From positions 59,334,001 through 59,398,000 of the forward strand of contig NC_135804.1 in NCBI RefSeq assembly GCF_964213995.1: DNA of 64,000 nucleotides, read 5' to 3'. Origin of the DNA: Mustelus asterias. Its lineage: Eukaryota. Within the stretch, counting starts at the first letter, position 1; each line of letters begins with the position of its first letter. Below, in pieces: positions 1-14,160 of the stretch. The notes beneath the pieces were generated by a model. It searched no databases. It was not told the DNA's origin and saw nothing but the letters and a program-made list of their open reading frames with translations. A program made the position numbers and the translations under genes.

Positions 1-560
1 AGTGGTACTCTGTCTCTTGTCAGGCAGCCAATTTCCTCTCCAGATGAATAATTTGCCTTTAATTCCCTCCGCTTAAAACTTCCATGGAGGCTCCTATACG
101 AAAACGTTATCAATCCTTCTGACTGTCCACATCAATAACATCCATATGAATTTCCTGCTCACTACTGCAGACACTTCATCAAAAAATCTATTTTGACTGG
201 CATGAATTAGCTTGAAAAATCCATGCGGACTCTCCCTGATCAGCTCTATGGTGTAGAGAATTCCAAAGACCCCTGAGAAAATAAATTACACTTCATCTCA
301 TCTTAGATAATTCCTCCCTGATTCGGAAGCTATACTCCTTAGTTCTGGATTTATCTGTGAGGAGAAACATTTAGTTTCCACATCTACCCTTTGAAACCCT
401 TTCAGAATTTTATACGTTTCAATAAGTTCAGCTCTCATTCTTCTGAACTGCAACTAATGTAGGCACAATCTGTTCAACCTTTCCTCATAAGACACCAGTT
501 CTATCCCAGGATTCAACCTTGTGCACATTCTCTTAACTTGCTCCAATGTCCCAATATCCC
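1..560 (-). mobile_element. Old CR1 LINE fragments (ORF2)
   Basis: Minus-strand peptide LEQVKRMCTRLNPGIELVSYEERLNRL matches the CR1 ORF2 C-terminus seen elsewhere in the window. Confidence 0.7.
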
Positions 561-762
561 TGCTTAAACAGCTGAAAAAACTAGACATAAAACACTTTTC
601 TGTCTTTGTATATTTCTTCCTTACGTCAAATGATATACTTCCGGCGTCAAACATTATATTTATGTCTCTATATGCTGTTGAACTTCTAAAGGAATTGTTA
701 GGGACAAAATCAGAAACTCAAAGGTATGTTATGGAGTTACTTTGAACTCAAATGTTTTTGAT

Positions 763-1543
763 TGTGACATTCGTGGAAGCATAAGGTGTTTCACTCTAGG
801 TGTGATTCTATCAACCCACTAGGAAGCTTTTAGTAAAATAAACTTTATTTAACAACACAGTTGAAATATAACAAAATGAATTCGCATAACTTTTATCAGT
901 TGAAGTACTGAAACATGATTAAGTATAATTCTTAACAGCTAGCTATCCCTATAGTTCTAATTTAGCCAATATCCCCACAGACATACATCCTTCTTCAGAA
1001 TCAGTTATCACAAAAGTACATATAGGATCGCGTATATGCTAGGTTTCTGGCCTTTAAACCCCTTTGGACAGAGATACAGAAAGATACCTGCCTTCTGAAT
1101 GCCATGCAGCAGCCCTCGAAAAAATCTGTCCTCAAACAGCAGAACGTCAGAGATAGAGACTTATTTTCTGGCAGATTCCAGTCTCAAACCCAAGAGAGAG
1201 AAAGAGAGAGGTAGAGAGCTCCTTCTTCTCTCTAAAGATCCTCCAAGCAGCAACTGAGTTTGTGTCGCTCTGTGACCACCCAGTCACATGACTTTCCTAT
1301 CAATCAACTTAATCAAACACGACTCTGAAAACCCCCAGGGAAAGCACAAAAAATGAACACACCTGCATTAGCCCAGATTAAAACAAACATTCCAGCAATT
1401 AGAATTATTTATACTTCCAGAGAATTAACAGGTGGGCTGGCTGTCATAGTCAAAGCAACACTGGTAATTAGAATTGACTCCTCTCCAAATCCTGCGCAAG
1501 AAACATGGCAAAAATAAATTCTTAAAGGCACAGTTTTGTCACT
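763..1543 (-). mobile_element. Probable solo LTR (Gypsy-type)
   Basis: Termini tgtgaca...tgtcac; ~785-875 resembles 22360-22460, which lies beside the Gypsy RNase H fragment. Confidence 0.5.
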
Positions 1544-2463
1544 GAATGCATTGCTCCTTGAGATTGAACACATGAGGCTGTCGTTACGGCTTTTGGACAA
1601 AAAATGAGAAAATGGAATGCCCATCCACTATATTCGCCGTGACAATATAATACAATTGGCAGATAATAGGAAACCCTATAGTGTGCCATGGCATGGTGGC
1701 CCAATAACAATGCAAATCGGATCCATAGGTGACTTTCTTCTGCTTTCGTGCTGTAGCCTCCAAAAATGCCAATCTGCTGCAGCTATTCCCTGCAGCTACA
1801 GCCAATTGTCCAGTGTCATTCCAATTTGTATCACAGCATCTCCAACCACCTTTAGTTTACCAAACGCATGCTCCGTTTGGCGGCCAATCGCCTTACACAG
1901 TAGCCCAAAATTCAGATGAGTTTCGCATTTCTCCCGGAGAGAATTTGCCCAGGTATCTTGTACTCATGAACCCAATTGCCTGGGTATACTGCAGGCATTA
2001 AACAAAAATATAATGCAATTTAGTTAATTTGTCCCTATTTAGCAACTTTATCTCTTTTGTCTCCACGTTTTAGATGAAATAATTTATCAAATTAGAATTT
2101 CTTTCCTGACAGATGCTTGCCACAAAATCTTGGAAAAAAATCACTACGTTAAGATAGGCATTCATCAGCATTTACCACATATTTACTGTCCAGCGTTGCA
2201 GTAAAATATCATTCTTCACTCCCCATCGCCTGTCAAGCAATATTAACATTTCGGTCCGTGGCTCCAACCTTTCAAACAACCCGTTCTCACAGCAGTTATT
2301 CCCTTTACATCGCTCTGCCAACTCCACACCCCAATATTTTAATATTGCTCCCATTGACGTCTCGACATTAATCCTTCATAAACATCACTTTCCGGTCATC
2401 CTGCTACATGTTAAAATGTTTAATGATGACCATGAAACCATTGTCGATTGTCTTAAAAAAAAC

Positions 2464-2598
2464 TCATCTGACGAAGGGACAGCCTGTTCCGAAAGCTAGT
2501 GGCATTTGCTACCAAATAAACCTGTTGGACTTTAACCTGGTGTTGTTAAACTTCTTACTATGTTTACCCCATTCCAACGCCGGCATCTCCACATCATA
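2464..2598 (+). mobile_element. Penelope-like element terminus containing a minimal hammerhead motif (2464-2502)
   Basis: tcat-CTGACGA-(gggac/gttcc stem)-GAAA-gc-TA-gtgg followed by the aataaacctgttggactttaacctgg...ccacatcat tail shared with copies at 19.6, 28.5 and 39.9 kb. Confidence 0.75.
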
Positions 2599-3592
2599 GT
2601 CCCCTCGCTAACAGGTACAACGTTTTGGGTACTTTTGGGAGGGGGAGTGGGGGTGATAACCGTTCAGTGAAGCAAAAGAGCAGCAGCCAGGCCTATGGCA
2701 CCACAACTGGCTTTGCTGTAGAGCAGGGTCGGGCAAAGTCCAAGCGAGTGATAGTTCTAGGAGATTCGCTGGTTAAGATACAAACAAGCTTTTCTGTGGC
2801 CGCGTTCAAAACTCCAGGATGGTGTGTTGCCTCCCTGGTGCCAGGGTCAAGGACGTTTCTGAGTGGTTGCAAGAAATTCTTAAGGGGGAGGATAAACAGC
2901 CAGCGGTCGTTGTGCACATTTGTACCAACGACATTGGTAGAAAGATGGATGAGGTGCTGCAAAGAGAGTATAGGGAATTAGGAAAGAGGCTGGAAAGCAA
3001 GACCTCGAGGGTAGTAACCTCTGGATTACGACCAGTGCTATGTGCTGGTGAGGCAAGGAATAATAAAATAGGGCAGCTGAATGCGTGGCTATGGAGCTCG
3101 TGCCGAGGGAAGAGTTTCACGTTCTGGGATGATTTGGGATTTCTTCTGGGGCATGGCTGACCTGTACAGGGACAGGTTGCAGCTAAACAGGAGGTGAACC
3201 AGCATCCTTGCAGGGAGATTCGCAAGCGCTATTCGGGTGAATTTATACTAGAGTGGCAGGCGGCTGGGAACCAGAGCAGGAGGACAGCAAGTGGAAGAAT
3301 TGAGGAGATGGTGGATGTTAGGACTAGTAAGTCTGAAAGGAAGGACAGGCAGGGATAGGTTAATGAAGATGATGGGCTGAAGTGCGCTTATTTCAACGCA
3401 AGGTGCGTTATGAGTAAGGCAGATGAGCTTAGAACCTGGACCAGTACATGGGACTATGATGTTGTGGCCAGACAGTGACTTGTTTGAGAGAGGTATGAGA
3501 CTGATTGCTCAATGTTCCGGGTTTCGATGTTTCAGACGAGATAGAGAGGGAGTTAACGTATGTAGAAGAGTTGCATTATTAATCAAGGAGAA

Positions 3593-6360
3593 TAGAACGT
3601 AGAACATAGAACATTACAGCGCAGTACAGGCCCTTCGGCCCTCGATGTTGCACCGACCAGTGGAACCAATCTAAAGCCCCTCTAATCTACACTATTCCAA
3701 TATCATCAATATGTTTATCCAATAACCATTTGAATGCTCTTAATGTTGACGAGTCCACTACTGCTGCAGGCAGAGCATTCCATGCCCTTACTATTCTCTG
3801 AGTAATGAACCTACCTCTGACATCTGTCCTATATCTCTCACCCCTCAATTTAAAGCTATGTCCCCTCATGCTAGCCATCACCATCCGAGGAAAAAGGCTC
3901 TATCTATCCACCCTATCTAATCCTCTGATCATCTTGTATGCCTCTATTAAGTCACCTCTTAACCGTCTTCTCTCTAATGAAAACAACCTCAATCCCCTCA
4001 GCCTTTCCTCATACGATTTTCCCACCATACCAGGCAACATCCTGGTAAATCTCCTCTGCACCCTTTCCAACACTTCCACATCTTTCCTATAATGCGGCGG
4101 CCAGAACTGTACGCAATACTCCAACTGCGGCCGCATCAGAGTTTTGTACAGTTGCCGCATGACCTCCTGGCTCCGAAACTCAATCCCTCTACCAATAACA
4201 GCGAACACACCGTACACTTTCTTAACAACCCTATCAACCTGGGTGCCAACTTTCAGGGATCTATGCACATGGACACCCAGATCCCTCTGTTCATCCACAC
4301 TACCAAGTATCTTACCATTAGCCCAGTACTCTGTATTCCTGTTACTCCTTCCAAAGTGAATCACCTCACACTTCTCCACACTAAACTCCATTTGCCACCT
4401 CTCAGCCGAGCTCTGCAGCTTATCTCTGTCCCTCTGTAACCTGCCACTTCCCTCTGCACTGTCTACAACTCCACCGACTTTAATGTCATCCGCAAATTTA
4501 CTAATCCATCCTTCCACGCCCTCATCCAGGTCATTAATAAAAATGACAAACAGCACTGGCCCCAAAACAGATCCTAGCGGTACACCACTAGTAACTGAAC
4601 TCCAGGATGAATATTTCCCATCAACCACGACCCTCTGTTTTCTTACAGCTAGCCAATTCCTGATCCAAACCACTAAATCACCCTCAATCCCATGCGTCCA
4701 TATTTTCTGCAAAAGCTTACCATGGGGAACCTTATCAAACGCATTGCTGAAATCCATATACACCACATGAACCGCTTTACCCTCATCCACCTCTTTGGTC
4801 ACCTTCTCAAAGAACTCAATAAGGTTTGTGAGGCACGACCTACCCTTCACAAAACCGTGCTGACTATCCCTAATCAACTTATGCCTTTCTAGGTGATTAT
4901 AAATCCTATCTCTTATAATCCTTTCCAATACTTTGCCCACAACAGAAGTAAGGCTCCCCAGTCTATAATTACCAGAGTTGTCCCTACTGCCCTTCTTGAA
5001 CAAGGGGACAACATTTGCTATCCTTCAGTCTTCTGGCACTGTTCCTGTAGACAATGACGACACAAAGATCAAAGCCAAAGGCTCTGCAATCTGCTCTCTA
5101 GCCTCCCAGAGAATCCCAGGATAAATCCCATCCAGCCCAGGAGACTTATCTATTTTTATCCTTTCCAGAATTGCTAACACCTCCTCCTTATGAACATCAA
5201 TCCCATCCAGTCCAACAGCCTGCATCTCAGTACTCCCCTCGAGAACACTGTCCCTCTCCAGTGTGAATACCGATGAAAAATATTCATTTAGTGCCTCTCC
5301 TATCTCTTCAGACTCCACGCACAACTTCCCACTACTGTCCTTGACTGGCCTTAATCTTACCCTCGTCATTCTTTTACTCCTGACATACCTATAGAAAGCT
5401 TTAGGGTTTTCCTTGATCCTACCTGCCAAAGACTTCTCATGTCCTCTCCTGGCTCTTCTTAACTCTTTCTTTAGGTCCTTCCTGGCTAACTTTTAACTCT
5501 CAAGTGCCCTAACTGAGCCTTCACGTCTCATCTTAACATAAGTCTCCTTCTTCCTCTTCACAAGAGATTCAACCTCCTTAGTAAACCACGGTTCCCTCAC
5601 ACGTCTGCTTCCTCCCTGCCTGACAGGTACATATTTATCAAGGACGCGTAGTAGCTGTTCCTTGAACAAGTTCCACATTACAATTGTGCCCATCCCCTGC
5701 AGTTTCCTTCCCCAACCTATGCCAGCTAAATCTCGCCTCATCGCATCATAATTTCCTTTCCCCCCAACTATAACTCTTGCCCTTTGGTATATACCTATCC
5801 TTTTCCATTGCGAAGGTAAACGTAATCGAATTGTGGTCACTGTCACCAAAGTGCTCACTTACCTCCAAATCTAGCACCTGGCGTGGTTCATTACCCAGTA
5901 CCAAATCCAATGTGGCCTCGCCTCTTGTTGGTCTATCTACGTACTGCGACAGGAAGCCTTTCTGCACACATTGGACAAAAACCGACCCCTCAAAAGTACT
6001 CGAACTACAGCTTTTCCAGTCAATATTTGCAAAGTTAAAGTCCCCCAGTACAACTACCCTGTTACTTTCGCTTCTATCCAGAATCATCTTTGCAATCTTT
6101 TCCTCTACATCGCTGGAACTTTTCGGAGGTCGATAGAAAACTCCCAACAGGGTGACCTCTCCTTTCCTGTTTCTAACCTCAGCCCAAACTACCTCAGTAG
6201 ACGAGTCCTCATCAAATGTCCTTTCTGCCACCGTAATACTGTCCTTGACTAACAATGCCACACCTCCCCCTCTTTTACACCTTCCCTGCACTTACTGAAA
6301 CATCTAAACCCTGGAACCTGCAGCAACCATTCCTGTCCCTGCTCTATCCATGTCTCCGAG
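3593..6360 (-). mobile_element. Younger 5'-truncated CR1 LINE nested antisense in the host CR1
   Basis: ORF2 pieces 5746-6291 (APE), 5025-5429, 3900-5003 (RT, KFADD), 3687-3884; short-repeat 3' tail at ~3593-3615. Confidence 0.95.
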
Positions 6361-7902
6361 ATGCCCACGTCTGGACTCAGGGAGGACATACTGGAGAATT
6401 CGTCTACTGAAGCAATATGGGTAGAGCTCAAAAATAAGAAAGGTGCAATTACTTTGATGGGATTATACTATAGGCCCCCAACAGCCACCGGGTCATTGAG
6501 GAACAAATATGTTGGCAGATTATGGAAAGATGCAGTAACAGGGGCGCCATAGTGGGTGACTTTAACTTCCCAAATATTGACTGGGACTCTCTTAGAGCAA
6601 GAGGCTTACACGGGGCAGACTTATTGAGGTGCATACAAGAGAGTTTATTGAAACAATATGTGAATAGTCCACCGAGAGCAGGGGCCATCCTAGATCTTGT
6701 ATTGACAAATGAGCCTGGTTAGGTGACTAATCTTTCAGTGGGAGAATATTTTGAAAACAGATATCACAACTCCTTAGATTTTTAGATAGCTATGAATAAG
6801 GATAAATCAGGACCTTGTGGGAAGGAACTAAATGGGGGAGGGCAGATTGCGACAGAATTAGGTAGGAACTAGAAAGAGTTAATTGGGAGCAGCTGATATC
6901 GGGCAAACCGACCTTTGACATGGGGAGTTGTTTAAAGACCGACTGATCAGAGTTCAGAAACGGCATGTTCCAGTAAGGAGGAAGGAGAAGCATGGTAAGT
7001 TAAGGGATCACTTGATAATGAGGGAGGTTTTGAATTTAGTCAAAAGGAAAAAAGGAAGCAGATGTAAGGTTTAGGAAGCTGAAATCGGCTAGGGTCCGTC
7101 AGGATTATAAAGAAAACAGGAAAGAATTCAAGCAGGAGAGCAAGGAGGAGGTTATGAAATGACTTTGGCAAGTAGGGTTAAAGAGAATCCCAAGGCATTT
7201 TATACATACATTCAAAACAAGAGGATAACTAGGGAGAGGGTAGGACCACTCAAGGATAAAGGAGCAAATTTGTGCCTGGAGGCAGAGGATGTGGGCGAGA
7301 CCCTAACTTTGCTTCGGTATTCACCATGGAGAAGGACATGGAGGATAGTGGGATAAATGTGGGGCATGTTAATATGCTTGGGCATTTTGAGATCAAGAAC
7401 GAAGTGGTGTTGGGCCACTTGAAGAGCATTAAGATAGATAAGTCTCCAGGATCCGATGGGATCTACATCAGGTTATTTGAGAAAGGCAAGAGAGGAAATT
7501 GCTAGGGCCCTGACAAAGATCTTTACGTACTCAGTAACCACTGGAGAGGTCCCGGAGGACTGGTGAGTAGCTAATTTTGTCCCTCTGTTCAAGAAAGGAA
7601 AAAGGGTTAATTCAGGAAATTATTGACTGGTGAGTCTCACATCAGTGTTTGGGAAGCTATTGGAGAAAATTCTTAGAGATTGGATTAATGTGCATTTGGG
7701 AAAGTTAGGAAAATTCAGCATGGTCTTGTGCGGGGCAGGTCATGTCTCACTAACTTGATTGATGTTTTCAAGGAGGTGACGTAGGTGCCCATAAAGCTTT
7801 TGGTAAGGTCCCTCATGGTAGGCTCACCCTGAAGATTAAGATGAATGGGATCCGGGGTGACCTGCCCACTTGGATACAGAATTGGCTTCCCCATCGAAGT
7901 CA

Positions 7903-8200
7903 GAAGTTTGAAGTTTATTTATTCGTGTCACAAGTCGGCTTACATTAACACTGCAATGAAGTTACCTAGTCGTCATATTCTGGTGCCTGTTTGAGTACAT
8001 TGAGGGAGAATTTAGATGGCCGATCGACCTAACCAGCACGTCCTTTGGACTGTGGGAGGAAACCGGAGCACCTGGAGGAAACCCACACAGGCATGTGGAG
8101 AACGTGCACACTCCGCACTGACAGTGACCCAAGCTGGGAATCAAACTGGGTCTCTGGCGCTGTGAGGCAGCAGTGCTAACCACTGTTCCACCGTGCCGCC
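7903..8200 (-). mobile_element. HE1-type tRNA-derived V-SINE
   Basis: Reverse complement begins ggcggcacggtggaacagtggttagcactgctgcctcacag, with the central gggtttcctcc..gtgctccggtttcctcccacagtccaaa core. Confidence 0.9.
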
Positions 8201-9934
8201 ACTAGAGTGGTAGTGGTGGGAGGGTGTTTTACTGTCTGGAGGTCCATGGCTAATGGTGTTGCACAGTGATCCATACTGGGACCTCTGCTATTTGTGATAT
8301 ATACAAATGACTTGGGTGAAAACGTAGATGGGTGGGTTAGTAAATTTGCAGATTACACAAAAATGGGTGGAGTAGTGGATAGTGTGGAATGTTGTCAAAA
8401 GATACAGCGGGAGATAGATCAGTTGCCGGTATGGGGGGGAAAAATGGCAGATGGAGTTTCATTTGGTCAAGTGTGAGGTGCTGCACTTTGGGAGATCAAA
8501 TGTTAAGGTGAAGTATATAGTTAATGACAAGAGCCTGAGCAGTATTGATGTACAGAGGGATCTTGGAGTTCAAGTCCATAGCTCTCTGAAAGCGGCCAGT
8601 CCAGTAGAAAGGGTGATAAGAAAGGCGTATGATATGTTTTCCTTTATTGGTTGGAGCATCGGTTACAAGAGTCAGGATTTAATGTAGCAGCTTTATAAAA
8701 CTTTGCTTAGACCGTTCTTAGAGTATTGCGTTCAATTGTGGTTGCCACATAACAAGAAGGATATGGAGGCCTGGAGAGGGTGCAAAAGAAATTTGCCAGG
8801 AAGTTGCCTGAATTAAAGGGTATGAACTATAAGGAGAGGCAAGGCAACGTAGGATTGTTTTCTCTGGAGTGGTGAAGGCTGAGGGGAAACCTAATATAAG
8901 TCGAGAAAAGTAGAGAGGCATAGATAGGCTAACAGTCAGAATCTTTTTCCCAAAGTTGTAATGTCTAATACTAGGCGGCATGCACTTAAGGCGAGAAGGA
9001 GAATGTTCAAAGGAGATGTGAGGGCCAAGTTTTTTACACAGAGACTTGTAAGTACCTGGAATGCGCTGCCAGGGGTGGTCGGAAGGCAGATACGATAGGG
9101 GCGTTTGAGGGGCTTTTAGAGAAGCACATCAAGATGCAAAGAATTGAGGGATATGGACCAAGGGCATGCAGAAGGGATTAGTTTAATTGGTGTCATGTTC
9201 GGCACAACATGGTTGGTCACAGGGCCTATTCTTGTGCTATGTTCTACGTTCAAAGTTGGGCCAAATTATGAAATATATTCTCTCTAATAAAGAATACTTT
9301 CGTGCCTACAGGGCACGGAATCTAGCTGTTCATTTCGAAATTAAAGGCAATTGTGTTTTGTTTCGACTAATGAGGCGTGTTGAGGAAGATATGAGTGGAA
9401 TGCTGCCGATTTGATTTCCTTAAATTTCTCCAATCCAACATAAGTTTACCTACCAACTAGGCCATCTGCGGGTGAAGCTCACCAATGGCTGTGAAAACGA
9501 CTGAAAAAAAAAGCTGCCCTCAGATCGTAATCCGGGTCTTGGCAGGCATCGCTCTCTATCTATGTGCACTGCGGCCAGTTCGAAAAGCACACCGTTGCCA
9601 ATATAAATGGCTACAAACCTCCGCTTCAAAGCTAACAACTTAATTTATTTTCTTAACCAATTCCTTCCACGTCCCAAGTGCTAATTTCTCCTGGCTACAG
9701 ACTTTTGCAGGACTCAGGACCTCATCCTGAATGTTCAAGTGGCAACCTAGACAATGACGTTGATCTATCGTCGCTGAAATATTGATTAAATAAGAAAACT
9801 AGTAGCCTTAATTGCAGTCTTTATAAAGCCAAACAGCGCCTCAGACATTTAATATATCTTTTGCAGTTGCAGGACTGGTGGAGGCCATTAAATCAATTTC
9901 ACCTGTCTATCTGGTCAACGGGAGCTCTCTGATG

Positions 9935-10065
9935 CAAAAATAGAAAATACTGGAAAACCTCAGCGGGCCTGACAGCTCTCTCCACAGATGCTGTCAGACC
10001 TGCTGAGATTTTCCAGCATTTTCTATTTTGTTTCAGATTCCAGCATCCGCAGTATTTTGCTTTTA
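9935..10065. repeat. Short fold-back repeat (related copies at ~33085-33180 and ~50806-50900)
   Basis: aaaatactggaaaacctcagc...ctgacagc and gctgtcag...gctgagattttccagcatttt are inverted copies; possibly a second Penelope-type terminus. Confidence 0.55.
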
Positions 10066-10549
10066 TAGTAGGACCTCTCTGGATGTGTTCGCTCTTCTTC
10101 CCCTGGTTTATTTTCACCGCTGATAGAACAATCCCGAAACTCGATCTAGCAGCATTCCGAGATCACTTGGATCGCAGAATTAAGCTCGACACCATCTTTT
10201 CAAGTCCTACTCAGAATAGGCACTAAATGGTGAACTTGCAGCCTTGACAACACCCAAGCAATAAATTAAAAAACACATATTCAATTGTCTTATCAATTAC
10301 ATTATAGTCCCCACCTCAATAACCACTTGTACTTCACTATCCAATGTCTCAATTAACCTTTATGTGAGAAGCATATCTTCAAACCTCGGAGGATCTCGAA
10401 ATTAAATCATGTGCTTAAATAGATGGAGAAAATAGCACAATAAAACCTCTAGGATTGCAATGTAGGCTTCCTGAGCAGTCAGCGGAAAATTGTTCGGCAT
10501 TTATTTAGACAAGATATTTTCAACAGGAACAACAGGGCAATAATAGTAA

Positions 10550-13495
10550 TAGTTACCCTCTATTAACCGGGATAATATCAACATAAAATATATAGAGGGT
10601 ACATAATTCTAAGACTGCATTTAGGAGAAATTTGTTTTAAGACAGTAATATGCAAACTCCAAATGACTTAGTTTTAGGAAATGAATCTGGGCAGGCGAAA
10701 GGCGCCTCAGTGGGGGAATAGTTTGGCAATGATAATCAGAAATCAGTTAGACTTTGATTGTTATGGGAAAGGTCCAGGATAGACCAAGAGTGAAAACTTA
10801 ACGTTTGTGAAAGGCCCAAAAATTAAACCGAGATCATATTTGGAAAAGTTGAACCGCAAACAGTTTCTTGAAGGAATATTTGTGTCTGAGCAACAGGAGC
10901 CATTCACGGGGAGTTCCGAAACTTTCAAAATGACTATATTTCCATAAAGAAAAAGAATGGGACTTCCAGGTATGGATTGGCCGGCACCATCCCGCCTTCC
11001 AGATGTCAAAGTGCCCCCCAGATGTCAGTGTAGGATAAGGCAAAATAGGCCATGTCACATACGAAAGGTCTGCATTGCAGAAGGTTTGGAGGAGTGTGGA
11101 AAATGCCTGTGTGACATTTAAAAGGGAACTAAAGAAATAATGAGCGGGCGTGGAAAATACTGACAAGTATTATGAAGGAAAACCGGAATGTGCTTTATGA
11201 ATGCGTAAAGAGCGGAAGAGAATTGCTACGTAATGTGACAGATTGACAAAGACTCCTAAAAAGTGATGTACTGTGTTATGGCGGAAGACCTGAACATGAT
11301 TCTCAATTAATACTGCATATATGTGTTGTCAAAATATAGGCCTTATATCGACGTTTTAGTAAAGGAGGGGGAGTGTGAGATGTTGGATGCAAGAAGCATT
11401 GCGAGAGAGAGCATAGCATCTTTGAAAGTGGATAGATAACCAGTTCTGGAAGAAATCTATCCTAAGTACTAAGACAAACAAGGCAGGAAATAATGCGAGT
11501 TCTGCTTACCATCTTTCTCACCTATCTGGCTACAGGCCTGGTGCCAAAGGACGACGGACAACTAAAATTATCTCTTACAGTTGTTAGCATTGCTGCCTCA
11601 CAGCGCCAGGGACCCGGATTCGATTCCCGGCTTGGGTCACTTGTCTGTGCTGTGCTTGCACGTTCTCCCCGTATCTGTGTCGGTTTCCTCCGGGTGCTCC
11701 GGTTTCCTCCCACAGTTCAGCACAGACGTGCTGGTAGGTGCACAGACGTGCTGGTTAGGGGCATTGGCCATGCTAGATTGTCCCTCAGTGTACCGGAACA
11801 GACGCCGGAGTATGGCGACTGGAGGATTTTCAGAATAACTTCATTGCCATGTTAATATAAGCCTACTTGTGACATTAAGAAATAAACTTGAAGCATTAAA
11901 CTTTAACTTGTATAAAGACAGGGAAAGGATTGACCCCGTGATTACAGACAAGACAGCCTAACCTTGCCTGGGTCAACTTATTGGAAAAAAATATCTGATA
12001 ATCAAATAAATAGTCAGTAAAGAAATGCATGTACAATTCAGTGAGAACCCCATGGACATACTAAGGGAAGTTTGTGTCCGCCTAAACTGATTGTTTTATT
12101 TGAGGAGGTGACAAGGAGCGCTAGTGAGGGTGGCACGTTCAATATAGTCTATGTGGATTTAGCCGGACCTTTGGCAAGATTCAACACTGCAAACGAGTCA
12201 GTAAAATCAGAGTCCCTGAAGAGCCACGGTCAAGTGGCAAATTGGATCCAAAATTAGATGAGTAGCAATGTAGCCTCCAGCAAAGAACATTTGTCAAAGG
12301 ATGTCTTTTGTACGTTTCCAGACGGATTCTATAGAGTTTAGGTCTAGGTCCCTTGCTTCTCATGGGTATATACCAAAACTCGAGAGTTAAATTTATTTGG
12401 CATAATTAAGAAGTTTTCAGATGACATAAAATTACTCGTGTGTTGATAGTAAAGATGGGAGCTGCAGCACTCAGGAAGATACCTATGAATTGGTCAGCTG
12501 GGCAGAAAGGTGGCAGATGGAATTCAGCCTGAAAATATGTGAGGTAATTTGGGGAGTAGGAAACAACCCAATACACAACAAATGGTAGGGCATTAAGAAG
12601 TGTAGAAGAACAGAGGTACATTCACAGATCCGTAAAAGCAGCAGGTCACGTGGATGAAGTGGTTGAAGTGCATATGGGACATTTTCCTTTATTAAGCCAG
12701 GGAGCGAATATAAGAACATGGAGGTCAAGTTGGAAATGTACTAAACACTAGCTAGGCCAACGCCACAACTCTGACTAACAGGCACGCCAAGCTATCGTTC
12801 GTAGTAAAGAGGATACAGAGCAGATTTACAGGAATGTTGTCAGGAAGTGAGAATTTTAGCTATGAGATAATCCAGACTGGTGTTGTTTTATTTGTAACAG
12901 ATAAGGCTGAGGTAAATTTAAGGTATATAAAATTATGAATCGCATGCATGTGAAGGATCTATTAACGTTAATATCTAACCTTAACAGAAAGGTTCATATG
13001 TCAGGGGCATAGATTTAAAGTAATTGGCACTGCCCATAAGGGCGATAATTACAAAAGAGCTTATCTCAGTTAAAGCAGTACATGGAAATAGATTCAACTT
13101 AACTCACGTGGCTGCGATCCAATAGTTTGAAAGTGAGCTTAGGCTGGTGCCAGAGGTCTAGCGGACGTTCGGCCAGGGCAAATACAGTAGAGGGGTCAAT
13201 AACCAGGACACATATAAATAAGGTAAGCCGCAGGCGATTTAGAGGGGATTTGAGGAAAAACACTTTCACCCTAAGGTTGGTGGGAATCTGGAACTCGCTA
13301 CCTGAAAGAGTGGGAGAGATGAGAACCTTCGCAACATAAAAAACAGCATTTAGATGAACATCAGAAACGCCATACCATTCAAAGCTACGGACCACTTGTT
13401 GGAATATGGGATGCGAATAGATAGACGTTTGATGGCCGGTGCGAGCTCGATGGGCGGGATGACGTCTTTCAGTGCTGTTAACTCAATGACTATGA
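10550..13495 (+). mobile_element. Old CR1 ORF2 remnants directly upstream of gene A
   Basis: Degenerate RT and C-terminal motifs (VANWIQN, WQMEFS, RRFRGDLRKNTFTLRLVGIWNSLP). Confidence 0.75.
11578..11890 (+). mobile_element. HE1-type V-SINE
   Basis: gttagcattgctgcctcacagcgccagggacccggattcgattcccgg plus the V-core. Confidence 0.88.
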
Positions 13496-13942
13496 CTGCT
13501 GCGTCGTAATTGTTTCGTTTACTTGCCACGAACTAGAATATCTTTGCATGGGACTATTACGCGCAATCTCTTTTTTTCTTGTTCACAATCTCTTTAACCT
13601 TTACGAAGGTCAATCAATTAACTTCTCTCTTTGGCTTTCCCGCTGTTATCCAATATGCTTAGACTGCAGTTACAGGAAACAATACTGTGCAATTATCAAT
13701 CCTGTCCACGAAAACCAAATGCTTTTCTTAACTTTGTTATCCGTAACACGTGGAATTCTAACAATCGCAAAAGTATACAAATTAGAAGATCCCAGTGAAC
13801 AAATCAAGGTTGATTTCTGAATCCGGAGTCATAGAACGTCAAGCATCATTGCGACGTAACACAGAAAGTAAACCACAAACTATTCTTCACAGTTGCAAGC
13901 TCGTAGCTACTGCAGAGTCAACAGTTGTATCCGTTGCTAAGA

Positions 13943-13994
13943 ATGATGAAAATGTTTTTTCTGTGCCTGATCCTCCAAGGGATTAATCACACAG
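13943..13994 (+). CDS. Gene A (VJ-C1 IgSF receptor) exon 1, leader MMKMFFLCLILQGINHT
   Basis: ATG, hydrophobic core and phase-1 donor ACAG|gtagca; splices in frame to the V exon at 14161. Confidence 0.8.
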
Positions 13995-14160
13995 GTAGCA
14001 ATTTATTCATTTCCCCAGTTGCTTTAATTGATAATTAGCTCCGAAGTATTTCTATGTCAATTTAGCGAACCTTATTTCCTCTGTCTAGATTATGTTTTGA
14101 GCCTTTCACTTTTATGTTGTATCCAATTCAATTGACGTGTGTTGTCTTAATTTCTGACAG

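Larger units (their letters stand above)
2599..9250 (+). mobile_element. Degenerate CR1 LINE (ORF1 SGNH esterase plus ORF2 APE-RT), host of nested insertions
   Basis: VIVLGDSLV, VCCLPGARVKDV, VHICTNDIG (ORF1); GDFNFPNIDW and SKFADYTK (ORF2); many stops and frameshifts. Confidence 0.9.

Noticed and set aside
3900-5003. Longest ORF (367 aa RT) as a host gene or active element
   Set aside because: It is part of a 5'-truncated, frameshifted CR1 copy
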